Shown: positions 1-13,945 of the stretch, piece after piece | Layout: each line of letters begins with the position of its first letter | Position numbering within the stretch: the first letter of the stretch is position 1 | Assembly: GCF_009914755.1 (NCBI RefSeq) | Contig: NC_060936.1 | Direction: 5' to 3' (one strand) | From: the human T2T-CHM13v2.0 reference genome, Homo sapiens | DNA: 64,000 nt | Program-made: the position numbers and the translations under genes | Notes under the pieces: model-generated | Databases searched by the model: none | The model's input: only the letters and a program-made list of their open reading frames with translations | Told to the model about the DNA's origin: nothing

Positions 1-11
1 TTGGTACCTTG

Positions 12-32
12 GGCAGCACCTCGGACAGCACC
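12..32 (+). promoter_or_regulatory. RE1/NRSE (REST/NRSF binding site), canonical 2-bp spacer
   Basis: GGCAGCACCTCGGACAGCACC vs consensus TTCAGCACCACGGACAGCGCC: 17/21, both half-site cores CAGCACC-NN-GGACAG perfect. Confidence 0.7.
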
Positions 33-84
33 TTGCATCTATTTGGAACTTTGTTGAAAGAATGAAGACACTAAGAGCTTAAAG

Positions 85-343
85 CAGTGTTTCTCAAAGC
101 AATTTGACCATGCAAAATACATTTTACATGGCAAAACTGGTGATGCATGTGTGCACACACACACACGGTGGGAGATAAATGCTTATATCGGTTTGATATT
201 TGTTTCACATTTCATTACACCCAATGCACTCTGATAATTCCTCCCTTCTCCCCTCCCCTCCTCTTCTCATCTATTTCATTTTTAAATGTCTGGGATCTAC
301 TAAATTCATTTCAGAACTAACTGTTCTGAGTTGAGAAGCAGTA
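85..343. mobile_element. degenerate hAT-Charlie-type MITE
   Basis: CAGTGTTTCTCAA at 85 and imperfect inverted end TTGAGAAGCAGTA at 331-343. Confidence 0.35.
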
Positions 344-600
344 TCTTGTAATGCTAAGAGCATGAACCACTGGAAAAAGTTAGGCCAGGGTTCAGATTCC
401 AAAACCATAGCTTACCAATTATGTATCCTAAGAACATCACTTTAACTCTATAAACCTCAATTTATTTATCTGTGAAATGGAGCTAATAATTGTACCTGCT
501 TCGTAGGTTTCTTGTGAGAAGTTAATGAGATAATAGGAATAAAGCAGTAAGCATAGAGCTTGGTATGTATTGAGTCTTTAACAAATGGTTGTCGTTATCA
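341..600 (+). mobile_element. MIR SINE
   Basis: MIR core (cctcaatttatttatctgtgaaatgg...aataattgtacct) and L2-like 3' end. Confidence 0.75.
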
Positions 601-1328
601 GAATCATTCATGGAACTCTTGTATGACTTTACTCTTTTCCCTCAAGACCTTCCCAAGTCTCGGTATTCTCTTAATCTTTGTCCTCGGTCTCATTCACTTC
701 CCCATAGGCCACTGACAATGATCTCACCACTCTCAGAAGCATAAGAATGAGCCATGGATTCACAGTGGTGTAGCCTGAGGAGGTGATTTGACGGAAGACA
801 GCAGAAATCTCATCACTGACCCAGGAGGTGAAGGAAATACCCAGTGGTATGGAATCTGCCCTTTCCCTGATTCCTCCTGATGCTAGTGGGAAGTATTTAA
901 AGATCTCAATTAATTGCCACATCTAATTTAATCCCTCCTCCAGTGACTCGATGGAGCCCAAAGACTTTCCTCCCCAGCTCTTCTCCCTCCGCCTCAGCAA
1001 TTTCAAGGTCCAGGACCCTGGCCAGCATGAGAGGAGAGAGTGGAAACTAAGACATAAATCAAACTTACATCAGGAATACAGTCACCTATCACCAGGACCT
1101 CAGGATGCCTGGTCATCCCTCCAAGAACCATGAGCACTGTTAGAGAAAAGTCACAAAAACAATTCAACATTATTCCAATTCTTGCTTGCCATCCTGCATT
1201 TCTTGGCCTGGAGATTCCCTTACCCTCAAAGTCAATGCTTCTGGAGTAAGCAGAGCAGTACCAAATGGCTAAGGGCCCCTCTTGGAGGCTGGACCTATAT
1301 CACAACAGTATATGCATGTGATACCTCC

Positions 1329-1560
1329 TAGTATGGTGCTTAGGAGTCAGGCAGATCTGGTTCTAACACAAACTCTGCCACCAACCAGCTGTGTGCCCTT
1401 GGTCCAGTAAGTTAACTTCTGTTTCTCCATTTCCCCTTTGGAATTTTAACAATATCAAAATACTACCTATTATATTATACAACAAAATAAAATAATGCAC
1501 TTTAAACATCTGGTATCTTTGTTTCCTCAGTAAATTTCAGAGTCATCCTTATTATTGCTG
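1329..1560 (+). mobile_element. MIR SINE fragment
   Basis: ctctgccaccaaccagctgtgtgcccttgg...aagttaacttc. Confidence 0.6.
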
Positions 1561-2329
1561 TTACTGTTGTTGTTTTAATTAACAATAATTGCAAATAAGC
1601 ACTTTAGCTTCTGAATTTAATGCTAGAATATCTTTTAACATGAAGAATTCTTGACCTCCACTCTCATCATCTCCTTTTGACCCGGGAGAACCCAGTTGTT
1701 CCTGTGGACTTGCAATCTTGTTATTTCCTAGGCAAGGGCACTAGATGCACTGACATTTGCTTGAACTTAAGCCTGCAAGGAAGGAAGAAGCAGTTCTTTC
1801 CTTCTGAATACCAGATAGTTTCTAACTGCTGCTGAATAGGGGTAGAATATAAATAGCGGGTCAGAGAAAAAATACCCTCGTTTCTTTTTTTTTTCTTCTT
1901 CTCTGGCCTCAAATCTTTCTCTCATCTCCCAGAAATGACTGATTTCACTGCTATCCTGCCACATACCTTGCACTGTGAGTTCCTTAAGGCCAGATGTGAT
2001 CACTTCTTACTCTATTTCAATGTCCAGATCAGTGTGTAGCACTTAACAGAAGCTACATATATTGGGGGCTGAATCTGTGACCCCTGCTTATCTGGCCTTT
2101 GCTTTCTCTCCTCCATCACTTCCCCCAACTCAGACACATTTTTATTTAACTAATTAGTTTAAAGAGCAGAAATTTAGCAAGCTGTATCAGCTATTTCTCC
2201 CCCTCGCTGATGCTGAATTTTAGTAAATTCAGAGATGTTTCCTTCATAACTTTGAAGGAAAGAATCTCATTCTCTGATCTTGGTTAGCAATGAAAGAACC
2301 AGAGGTCAGAAGACACAGCATAAAGAATC

Positions 2330-3965
2330 AGAGCAATTTGAGCACCCATGTAACTACCACTCTGGACAAAAAAGAAGACATTGCCAAGACCTCAGAAGCT
2401 CCCCGTATTTCCCTCCTCCCTCCTTCCTTTTCCCTGGAGACAACTACTATCTTGCCTTTAACTGAAATCACTTTATTGTTTTCCCTTAGATTCTAACTAC
2501 CTGTGTTTGCATCATTAAAAATAGTTTAATTTTCCTATTTTTGAACTTTATATGATAGAATTGTAATCTGTTATTATTGTTTTCTTCTTTCACTTGTTAT
2601 GTTTGAAAGATTCACCCATGTTGTTGCATATAGTTCTAGTCCATTCATGTTTATTGCTGTGTAAGTCATTGTATGAATATACACAATGCATTTATCTATT
2701 CTGTTGATGGGCAGTGTCATAATTTCTTTACATGTTGTGGTACTGTGAAATATATATTTGGTCTTTGTTCTGGTTTCCCTTTCTTGGCATACAACTCCTA
2801 AAATCATTGCAATCTTCAAAGAGATGAGTGCCTTTTGGTTATGCTAGTAGATTGACTGGTGGGGATGGGAGGTGCTAGCAGAGAAGACCAAGGCAGGATT
2901 AGAGGGTTAGGACTTTTCAGCCCCACTCCCTAACCTCTGGAGAGGGGAGAGGGGCTGATCACCCATGGGCAGGGATTTAATCAATCGTGTCTACGTGAAG
3001 AAGCTTCCATAAAAAACCAAAAGGAGAGGACTTAGAGAGCTTCCAGAGAGATTAACAAAGGTTTCCAGAAGCTAGAGTGCCTGGAGAGGGCATGGGAGTT
3101 CCATGCCCCTGCATACACACCTTGCTCCTATGCGTCTCTTCTATCTGGCTGTTCATCTGTATCCTTTGTAATATCCTTTATAATAAACCAGTAAACATAA
3201 GTAAATGTTTTCCTTAGTTCTGTGAGCCGTCTTAGCAAATTAATTGAACCCAAGGGAGAGGGTCACGGAAACTCTGATTTACAGCTGATTGGTCAGAAGC
3301 ATAGGTAGCAACCTAGTACTTGAAATTGGCATCTGAAGTTGGGGGCAGTCTTGTGGAACTGAGCCCTCAACCTATGGGATCAGATGTTATCTCCAGGTAG
3401 ATAGTGTCAGAATTGAATTAGAAGACCTCCAGCTGGTGTCCCTTGTAGAACTGATTACTTACTTGATGTGTAAGGATAAAAACCCACATATCTGGTATCA
3501 GAAGTATTATACTGATTATGTGGTGAGAGTACAGTAAGAGAAAACAGAGTTTGTGTTTTCTTACATTATAACATGTTAAGGTTGTTAGTGACATTTTCTA
3601 TTATTGATAATGATGGCATGGATATCTTTACAGACATCCCTAACTATTCAAATAGGACAGACTTCTAGATGCAGAATTTTTGGATCAAAGACTATGGCCA
3701 CTTTTTAAACTTCCTCCAGAATGGTTGTACCAATTTGCACTTCCACCAGCAAAGTACATTTCTGTCTGTGTCCCCACACTATTGCCAATGTCAGTTTATT
3801 TGCATTTGTTTTAATTATGCCAATTTGACAGGAAAAGGATGTTGTCTCAAGATTGTAGAAATTTTCATTTGAGTGCTGGTGAGTCTGGGCACCTCCCTTC
3901 TTTACATTTATTGGCCATTTGTATTTGTTCATTTGTGTATTGCCTTTTTATATCTTTTTGCTATT
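2330..3965 (-). mobile_element. old L1M (L1ME-like) 3' region, interrupted by MER21 LTR
   Basis: antisense L1 3' UTR/ORF2-end motifs (cccatgttgttgcatatag; ggttgtaccaatttgcacttccaccagca) on both sides of the LTR. Confidence 0.7.
2736..3573 (+). mobile_element. MER21-family solo LTR
   Basis: TG...CA ends; tgtggtactgtga start; gtatcctttgtaatatcctttataataaacc; ttctgtgagcc...agcaaattaattgaacc. Confidence 0.75.
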
Positions 3966-4680
3966 GAAATACTTGATGTGTGTGCCTTTTAATAACAGTT
4001 CACCTTAGTGCCTGGCTCTGGTGAAGCATCAGTTAGTGATGTTGGAGTGTTTGGGAAGTACAGGGTGGATGGAGGAGAAGGAGGGGACTTCTCAGAGGCT
4101 CATAGATCTCAAGTGGATCTGCCAGGTGGATAGTAATTTGGAAGCTTATTGTTCAGAAACCAAAGAGGAGAGTTGTGCATTCAGCCCCATGCTGGGGCGA
4201 AAACAATGCTTCCTGGACCAGAGGCCATTTGAGAACAAGCGATCCTGCTCTGATTGAATCTGCCTTCTACCTCTTTTGTGCCCAAGAAGTCTCTTTATGA
4301 TGATGACTGCCTGGGTTTCAGGAGTGTGAGGGGGATGTGGAAAAAGGGAGAGAATACATGAAGCTTGGCCTGAAGCTTAGGATTTGAATTGCCAGCATCC
4401 AAAACTGAATGTATACCTCCTTTTGTTCTCTCTGCCCTTATTCTTTCTTTGACAGATATCAATAGAACGTTCACGGTGTGCCAGGCAATGTGCTGGATGT
4501 TCGAGGTGTTTCATTCTAGTCGGCTGTGTCCCCCACTTCAGTAATTGTCAACTCCATCTTCCCAGTTGTTAAACTAAGAAGTTGAGAGTTATCCATGACT
4601 CTGCTCTTTCTGCAATATGTTACGGCCTATGCACCAGAAAATTCTTTCAGCACTGCCTTCAAAATATATCAAGAATATGA

Positions 4681-5105
4681 AAAATAACCCAAATGTCCAT
4701 CAAAAGGTAAATGGATAAACAAATGTATTACCTCCATACAATGGAACACTACTCGGGAATAAAAAGGAACAAATGATTGGTACATGAACAACATGAGTGA
4801 ATCTCAAAATAATTGTGCTTAGGGAAAAAGCCAGACATGAAAGAGTATTGAATGATGCTATTTATAGAAAATTCTAGAACTTAATCTATAGTGACAGAAA
4901 GCACATCGTGGGTTGCCTGGTGATGGGCAGAGACAGGCAGGATTTCAAAGTGGCACAGGAGACGTTTGGGAGGTAGGTATGTTCATTACCTGGATTGTGG
5001 TAGTTTCTCAGGTATACACATATATCAAATCTTATCAAGTTGTATTCTCAAGTATGTACAGTTTATGAATATGCCAATTCTACCTAGGCAAAGCCATTAA
5101 AAAAC
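4681..5105 (+). mobile_element. L1M (L1MD-like) 3' end
   Basis: aacccaaatgtccatcaa...atggataaacaaa; ctatagtgacagaaagca. Confidence 0.7.
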
Positions 5106-5230
5106 TTACCCAGAATCTGACCGGTTCTCACCATCCCTGCTGCTGCTGCTTCATCCAAACTACCACCACCACTCACCTGGTTAACCCATGCTCTTCCAGC
5201 ACTCTCCCTTGCTTCCCCATGCTGCCTTCT

Positions 5231-5607
<377 letters not shown>

Positions 5608-5729
5608 TAACAGAGTCCACAGTGATGCTTTCAAAACAAGGTGATGTCACATCATGCCTCTGTTCAGAACCATCCAATGGCCTCCATGTCTTCCCATCAC
5701 ACCAAGGGCACTTACCTGACACACTGTGA

Positions 5730-6190
<461 letters not shown>

Positions 6191-6776
6191 AGATCCATTT
6201 TTCTTCAGTGAAATAGATAATGAGTACAATAGCAAACTTGAAGAGTTCCCAGACTATTGGCGGAGACATATGTAAATACAGTTTAAAAATAGGGCAATAA
6301 TTTCTATAATAAAGAACTCCCAATGAAAGCACCTAAACCATCTTAGGGTGAAGTCAAGCATGGTTTCTTGGAAGAAGCAGCATCTAAGTGGAGGCCTGAG
6401 AGACACATAGGATGCCATGAGGAAGAAGACAGTTTTTGCCTTCATGGAATGGCATATATCACACCATGTGATAAATGCTTTAGTGGGGAAAGCAAGGGGG
6501 CTGAGGAGCAGAGAAGTGGGGGCTTGACCCAGCCTGGGGAGGGTCTGGTAACACTGACAAAGTTTCTTATAATGAATCACTTCCTTGCTGGGATGCGTCC
6601 ACATCCTTTCACTCAGTCTCCACAATTCCACATTTGGGAGACTGTTGCCTGGATACAGACTGTGGCCTCAGGAACCAAGGAATTGAACCCAGATTTGGGA
6701 GATGCCCAGCTGTCACATTTCCCTGTTGCTTGCTTCCTTTTTATTTAAATTCTACTGTACTAATTTCCATCAAGTA

Positions 6777-7460
6777 TAGTTGTTCTCCACCCTCATTTTG
6801 TATCAGAATTGCTGGGAACTTAAAAAAAAAAAAAAGATAATTGTGTTCCACCTAGACTGATAGAATCTAAATCTCTAAAGGAGTAGCTTAAACATGAGTA
6901 TGTTTTAAAAACTCACTGTTTTAAAAAATACCCATTTTTTTAAACTGTTAAAAACAGCTTTTTAAACTGTTTTTAAAACATACCCATGTTTAGGCTACTC
7001 CTCTAGCCTATCTACTTTAAAACAGCTAGCTACTAGCTAGCACTAGTAGCCTAAATATAGGTTTAGGGTTGGGTGGGTTTTTTTGTTTTGTTTTGTTTGT
7101 TTGTTTTAACTCACTGTGCAGTGAGTTTAAAAAATTCATTGTGGGCCGGGTGCAGTGGTTTACAACTAATCCCAGCACTCTGGGAGGCTGAAACAGGAGG
7201 ATTGCTTGAGCCCAGGAGTTCAAGACCATCCTGGACAACATAGTGAGACCCCATATCTACAAAAAATAAGAAAAAATTAGCCAGGACTGGTGATGCATGC
7301 CTGTAGTCCCAGATACTTGGGAGGCCAAGGTGAGAGGATTGCTTGAGCCCAGGAAATTGAGGCTGCAGTGAGCTGATTTTGCTACTGCAGTCTGGCCTGG
7401 GTGACAGTGCAAGATCTATCTCAAAAAAAAAATAATAGTTGTGCACCTGAGAACCACAGA
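6777..7460. mobile_element. MER5-like hAT MITE, internally rearranged and interrupted by AluJ
   Basis: tagttgttctc start, catcagaat-like and gaatctaaatctct motifs, gagaaccacag end after the Alu. Confidence 0.5.
7144..7432 (+). mobile_element. AluJ
   Basis: aggaggattgcttgagcccaggagttc in both arms; A tail. Confidence 0.92.
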
Positions 7461-7519
7461 TGTTATTCAAGGGTCAGGGGCAGTTGTCTTACTTGGAGTC
7501 CAGTCATTCACTTATTCCT

Positions 7520-8115
7520 TCATTTCATTCCTGCCTCCGGGCCTTTGCACTTAACCTTTCCCTCTACCTGGAATATTCTTCCTTTGGTTTTCTGCACATC
7601 TCTGTGCTTCTCATTCTTTGAGTCTCAGTTCAAATGCAGAGGCCCTCACTGACTATCTTCCTTCTCCATCTAAAACACTTTCTCTCTATTCTCTCCACCC
7701 TGGCGAATTTCTCCCTATCACGTCACTTGATTTATTTCCTTCACAGCACTTATCATAACTTGAAATGATCTTATTTACTGCTGTGTCTCTAACACTAAAG
7801 AAATGAACCATTTCAGTAAAGAGTGAAGAGATCTGAAACACATAAAGAAAGCACTTAGTGCAGTGCCCTTAACATGGTAAGGATTAGAAGATGGTTGCAA
7901 TGTTTATGAATGAATTAATAAATGATTATTATGAATGAAGCAATATACAGGCCTATGATGAAAAAGATTAGCTCTCTGACATATAGAAAATGCTGTGAGA
8001 CACTGAGCCACTACCTCATTTTTATTAATCAGTTAGATGCTAAACTCTCTGAAGGCAGGGACTGTGTCTTGTTCATTATGATACAACCAGAACTTAACAG
8101 AGTGCCCGGCATAAC
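7520..8115 (+). mobile_element. L2 3' fragments
   Basis: gggcctttgcactt...cctggaatattctt; gaaggcagggactgtgtcttgttc. Confidence 0.65.
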
Positions 8116-8119
8116 AAGA

Positions 8120-8560
8120 TGTTCTGATTTAGAAACTGCTGGGTTACAAATAACAGAATCTCACTCAAGCTAGTACAAGCAGGAAAAAAAACGTATTTAT
8201 CAGAAGAATAAAAGAGTCTCAGAGAACCCAACAATAGGAAGGGGAAGTGGGCCAATTATGGCACTTGAACCAAAAACCAAAAAGTGACCAGGAACCTAGC
8301 AGTTTTCTTGTGTCTCTCCAAAGCTGTGTGATCTTCGTTTCTTTCTGTTTGCAAACTGGTTTTCTCCCCTCCATGGGCACATGGTTGTTCCCAGCCCAGG
8401 CTTTACAATCCCCACCTGCTTCAAATGTCCTACACAGATTGAATAGTTTGCGTTCCGAATTCTCAGGGAAGAGAAAATCTGATTGACTTTAGCTCCTGCC
8501 AATCATTCACTCCCAGGCCAATCAACTAGAGCCAGGGGGTGGGAAGAATGGATAGGATCA
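8120..8560 (-). mobile_element. old MaLR (MLT1-like) LTR remnant
   Basis: gggttacaaataacagaatctcactcaagctag; tctgattgac...ccaatcaact. Confidence 0.45.
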
Positions 8561-8615
8561 TGTTGCCTGCTGCTTAACTAGCAGAGACTGGAAATACCTC
8601 TTTGAAAAAATGGAG

Positions 8616-9111
8616 TGTTAGTTCAGATTTTCCCCTGAAGGCAGAGCTTGAGAGAAGAGCTTGCATGCAGGTATACTGGTTGGGAAGAGTTGCCAGGGAA
8701 CAGGTGAAGGTGGCTTGGAAGATTGAAATAGGGAAAGCCAGTCTAAAGGTGTGTTACTGAGCTAAGATGTGGGCAACTAGGGCTCAAATTCAATAGGGCC
8801 CCTCTGAGAACTGTGTAAAATGCATCTCAATGGCCTCCTGAGAATGGGTGAGGGGCGAATTTATCCACCAGCTCCTGTCCTCCTTTGGTCAAGGGTTGCC
8901 CTAAGGGGTGTTAACTCCATCACATTTCCAGTTTTGCATATGCACCAGCAAGGCTCTTGGATCAAGCCCTACAGCAGAAAGCAAGCAGTATGTGGTGCCG
9001 TGGAAGCAAGATGCTAAGAAAATACACCTGCGAACAGTGATGTATCAATGGCTGGAGCGAGACAGGTGGGCCAAGAAGATATGAGGTAGAGCATATGAAT
9101 TGTCTAGCACA
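8616..9111 (-). mobile_element. LTR33-family ERVL solo LTR
   Basis: gaatttatccaccagctcc...ggtcaagggttgccctaaggggtgttaactcc; TG...CA ends. Confidence 0.65.
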
Positions 9112-10129
9112 GGAGGAATGAGCAGGTTGTCTATGAGAGCATAAGGGTGGGTGAAAATAATTCTTATCTCCAATGTCTGCTCAATGAATGTTTTCTGAAT
9201 AAGTGAATGAAAAAGAGAGAAAGGTTCTTGGAGGAAGCAAGATTTTAGAACTCCCTTCAGTGTATGAAGACTGAGTCTGGAGGGCATGTAAATAATAATG
9301 ATTTGTTCGCAAGTATTTTTCTACCAAGGACTATTAATTTTATTGATAAGTCTGTGATGTAGTTTGGACGGTAGATGATATTACCCCCATTTGGGGATGA
9401 AGAACAGACCTAGCCAGGCTGAGCATTTATTCTAGGTGCCTGATGTCTGCATCGAAGCAAAGTTCAAGTTTTCGTCGGCTTTGCCCTCCTGTAAATTATG
9501 TGGCTGCAGCAAGACTACAAGCTTATCTTAAGTACTAACTTCACCTCCATTTTCATACTCCCTCCTCTGTTGTAATTCAGCACAGTGAATACAGAGGCTG
9601 TTAAGATCTAAAGTAGTTTCTAATTTTGTTTCATTATGACTATGAATGCAACCCTCAGGACCCATCCCTACAGTCTTAACTAAACTTAGTCTTTCAAGCT
9701 ATGAAAAGGTGAGATAAAGATCTGAATGGAGACTCCAGTGGAGGTGGAGGGCTGGGCTGACTCAGCCTCGATAAACCTGCAGTCTGCAGTCGAGAAATCA
9801 ATAGAGCCTTTTGGATGTTGCCATTATACGACAAGGAAAAAAATTTCAAAAATAAATTGTGGCATGGAGTAAGATCAGATGAAGCAGATAGCAGGTTTTG
9901 CTGACTGTGGGGGCTGTGTTCGGGATGGCACAGGAAGGAGAGAATTAGCGATTTAATGAACTCACTTCTCTCCCTGCTTTTGCTATGCAAGTGTTTTCTC
10001 ACTGATTGAAAAAAAGACTGAGGCCAAAGGTGAGCCAACAAATCCCAGTTTCTGCTTGAACTTCACCCCAAAGCTGACCCTCCCTTGAAATCTAGGATCA
10101 GCTTAGACTTGCAGCTTAGACCAAGAGGA

Positions 10130-10248
10130 CTTGCAGAGTGGTTAACCCCTGTAGCCTTGAAGTCATGGATTTGAGTCAGGCTTCACCACACTGTATGCCA
10201 TTGAGCAAGTTATTTCACCTGTGTATGAGCCTCAGTTTCCTGATCTTG
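10130..10248 (+). mobile_element. MIR fragment
   Basis: ttgagcaagttatttcacct...gagcctcagtttcctgatct. Confidence 0.65.
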
Positions 10249-10457
10249 ATCGGGCTGCACACTGACTGGGGCTGGAGGAGAGCCATTGCACAAGCGAAAT
10301 GTTAGGATGTTATGAGAAGAGGAGGAGATGAAGGCTGAGCAAGAACAAGCAGCAAGGGTATGCCAGGCACAGATTTGACTCTTCCTGTCTCGACTCCAGC
10401 ATTTTGGGAACCCTCAAAAATGCCCCCACTGAGGTGGTCTGTGGTTAAAGTTCATAT

Positions 10458-10515
10458 ATTGATTGGTGCAGTTTTTCAATGGTAATAACTGCAGTTACTT
10501 TTGCACCAACCTAAT
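10458..10515. mobile_element. MADE1 (Hsmar1-derived MITE), internally deleted
   Basis: ttacttttgcaccaacctaa TIR and partial opposite TIR ttggtgca. Confidence 0.75.
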
Positions 10516-10771
10516 GAGTTCGTTTAAAACCTTCTTGAAGGTGCTGATTGCAGGGTTTTGCTGATTAGCAGGAGGCAGATTGGGTGCAGAGAACAACTGC
10601 AGGATAAGACAAGGATTCCCCTAAGGAGGACTCACCTGCCCCTCGGCTCCTCTGGGCTCTGCTCCCTGCCTAGTCTCAGGGCCAGGTGTTTCTTCGACTT
10701 GCCGCAGGTGACCTCTCTGGACTTTATTTCTTGCCTGCCTACACTATTGTTACCTGCGAGACCTACCTGTC

Positions 10772-11075
10772 TTTTTTTTTTTTTTTTTTTTTTGAGACAG
10801 AATCTCCCTCTGTCGCCCAAGCTGGAGTGCAGTGGCGCAATCTTGACTCACTGCAACCTCCGCCTCCCGGGTTCAAGTGATTCTTCTGCCTCAGCCTCAT
10901 GAGTAGCTGGGACTACAGGTGCGCACCCCAATGCCAGGCTAATTTTTTTGTATTTTTAGTAGAGACGGGGTTTCACCATATTGGCCAGGCTGGTCTCGAG
11001 CTCCTGACCTCGTGATCTGCCCACCTTGGTCTCCCAAAGTGCTGGGATTACAGGTGTGAGCCACTGTGCCCGGCC
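10772..11075 (-). mobile_element. AluS (Sg/Sc-like)
   Basis: full dimer with 22-T tail. Confidence 0.95.
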
Positions 11076-11269
11076 TGCCTGATTTCTCTTAATCCTGGCC
11101 CCTCCCTTCTGGTTAGCTCAGTATTGCTAATAATGATACTTTAAGTGTTGATTAGGATATGACTACCCCCAAAGCAACACCAAAAGCCTCATACAAGCTG
11201 AGGATTGGGTCTAAGATGTGCTCCCTCTGATCTCCCCACAAAGCTCTTGTGGGTGGGTGTGGCTGGTTT

Positions 11270-11537
11270 TCAGGCACAGGATCCTGAATGGGATCAGCCT
11301 GTGAATACAGCTTCTTCCTCTCCCTGTCCCATGACTTCACCCAGCGTTCTTCTACCAATCAGTGGCTTCCAGACTTCAGTCCACTCCAGAAACCTTAAAA
11401 AACTTTAACCTCAAATTCCTCGAGGAGATGGATTTGAGATTTCAGTGACCCTTTAATTAAACCTCTTTCTCTTCTGCAGCCTGGTGTCTTGTCTTGACTT
11501 GCTGGGCACGTCGGGCAATGAACCTATTACAGTTACA
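11270..11537 (+). mobile_element. ERV1 LTR 3' part (LTR26-like), apparently nested in an LTR33-like remnant (~11145-11790)
   Basis: gaggagatggatttgag...ttaaacctctttctc...gggcaatgaacctattacagttaca; LTR33-like gtgttaaccccctgcacttcc follows directly. Confidence 0.5.
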
Positions 11538-11839
11538 GGAGTGTTAACCCCCTGCACTTCCAGGGTTTCCCCTGCCTAAGGCTGAACAGGTTCTTGCAGC
11601 TTTAGAAAAAGCATTGAGGCAGAGAAGCAGAGAGGTTCTGGGTTCTGGAAAGATACTTTAGGTGGGATGATGTCAGCGTGCCACAGTCAGTGGAGAGCTG
11701 AGGGGATGTGACTTGGGCACCAGAAGCATCTGTTACCTCAGCAAAGCTGCTGTGTGCAAGATCAAGACTTGCAGATGTTACTGGGTCAGGAGGAAGCAAA
11801 TGAAATGGCATTACCTACAGGTATTTAAAAGTCAAAATA

Positions 11840-12240
<401 letters not shown>

Positions 12241-12367
12241 CTACTGCCTCTTCACCTCCCGAATTACTTTCTTCTGCTGTTCGGAAAAGAAAACATTTCT
12301 GCAGCCCGTGCCCTGAGGAGGTGGGTGCTTCTCAGGATTTCCAAGCAGCCCTTACTGGAAACCCAAG

Positions 12368-13104
<737 letters not shown>

Positions 13105-13699
13105 CCAAGCGTTTAAAAAAAATTAAAAACTTGTGTACACATGTTAAAAACACAGAACCTCAGCATCTCAGGGGCAAGACCAATTAGCATGGGGTTGTTG
13201 TATATCCATTCAAAGGGAAGTGTCAGAGGTCTGATAGTTTGGACCCTGCCTATTTAAGGCCTGTGTTGGGTTGTCATCCACTCAACCGCATTTTCTCATC
13301 CCCATTTCCTCACCCTGTGGCCTTCATGCTTTGTTTCCCACTCCAGGTTCTGTTCTGATCTTGGCTAGGAACCCTGATGCCTGTCTGTTCTGGCATTGTC
13401 CTGCATGCTAGGCATGTCAGAGACAGGAAAGATGGTGAGAGAGACAGCCTCTTAGGTGCACAGAGGTCCCATTTTCTAAATGGATATTCATTTGGATAGC
13501 GAAATGAAGCTCTGAGTTTGACTTGATACTCTGAGCTTCCCTCCTAGATAGGAGCATCAGTGATAACTCCCCATGTGATCAATGAAAACGCCGAGGCCCT
13601 GAGGGGGGAAAAAAGACTCAGCCCAAATCCCAGCAAAGCATTCATGGCCAGGCACATAGTAGGCACTCAATAGTCACTTGATTATTGTGAGAGGCCATT

Positions 13700-13945
13700 T
13701 ATTATTATAGCTGAGAGCTCAGGGTTTGAGGTTGGATAGACTGGTGTCATGCCCTAACTCTGCCTTTTCAGTAGCTAAGTGCTATTGAGCAGATGACTTA
13801 GCTCTCTAAGACTTAGTATTCCTGACTATAAAATGAGAATAATAACAGCACTTGTGGGTTGTTGAGAAAATTCTGCAAGATTGTGAGCTCTGCAGAATGT
13901 TTGACAGATAGTAGAAGTTACGTGATGATGATGATGATGATGATG
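13700..13945 (+). mobile_element. MIR ending in (GAT)n
   Basis: ttgagcagatgacttagctctct...ataaaatgagaataataacagcac. Confidence 0.65.
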
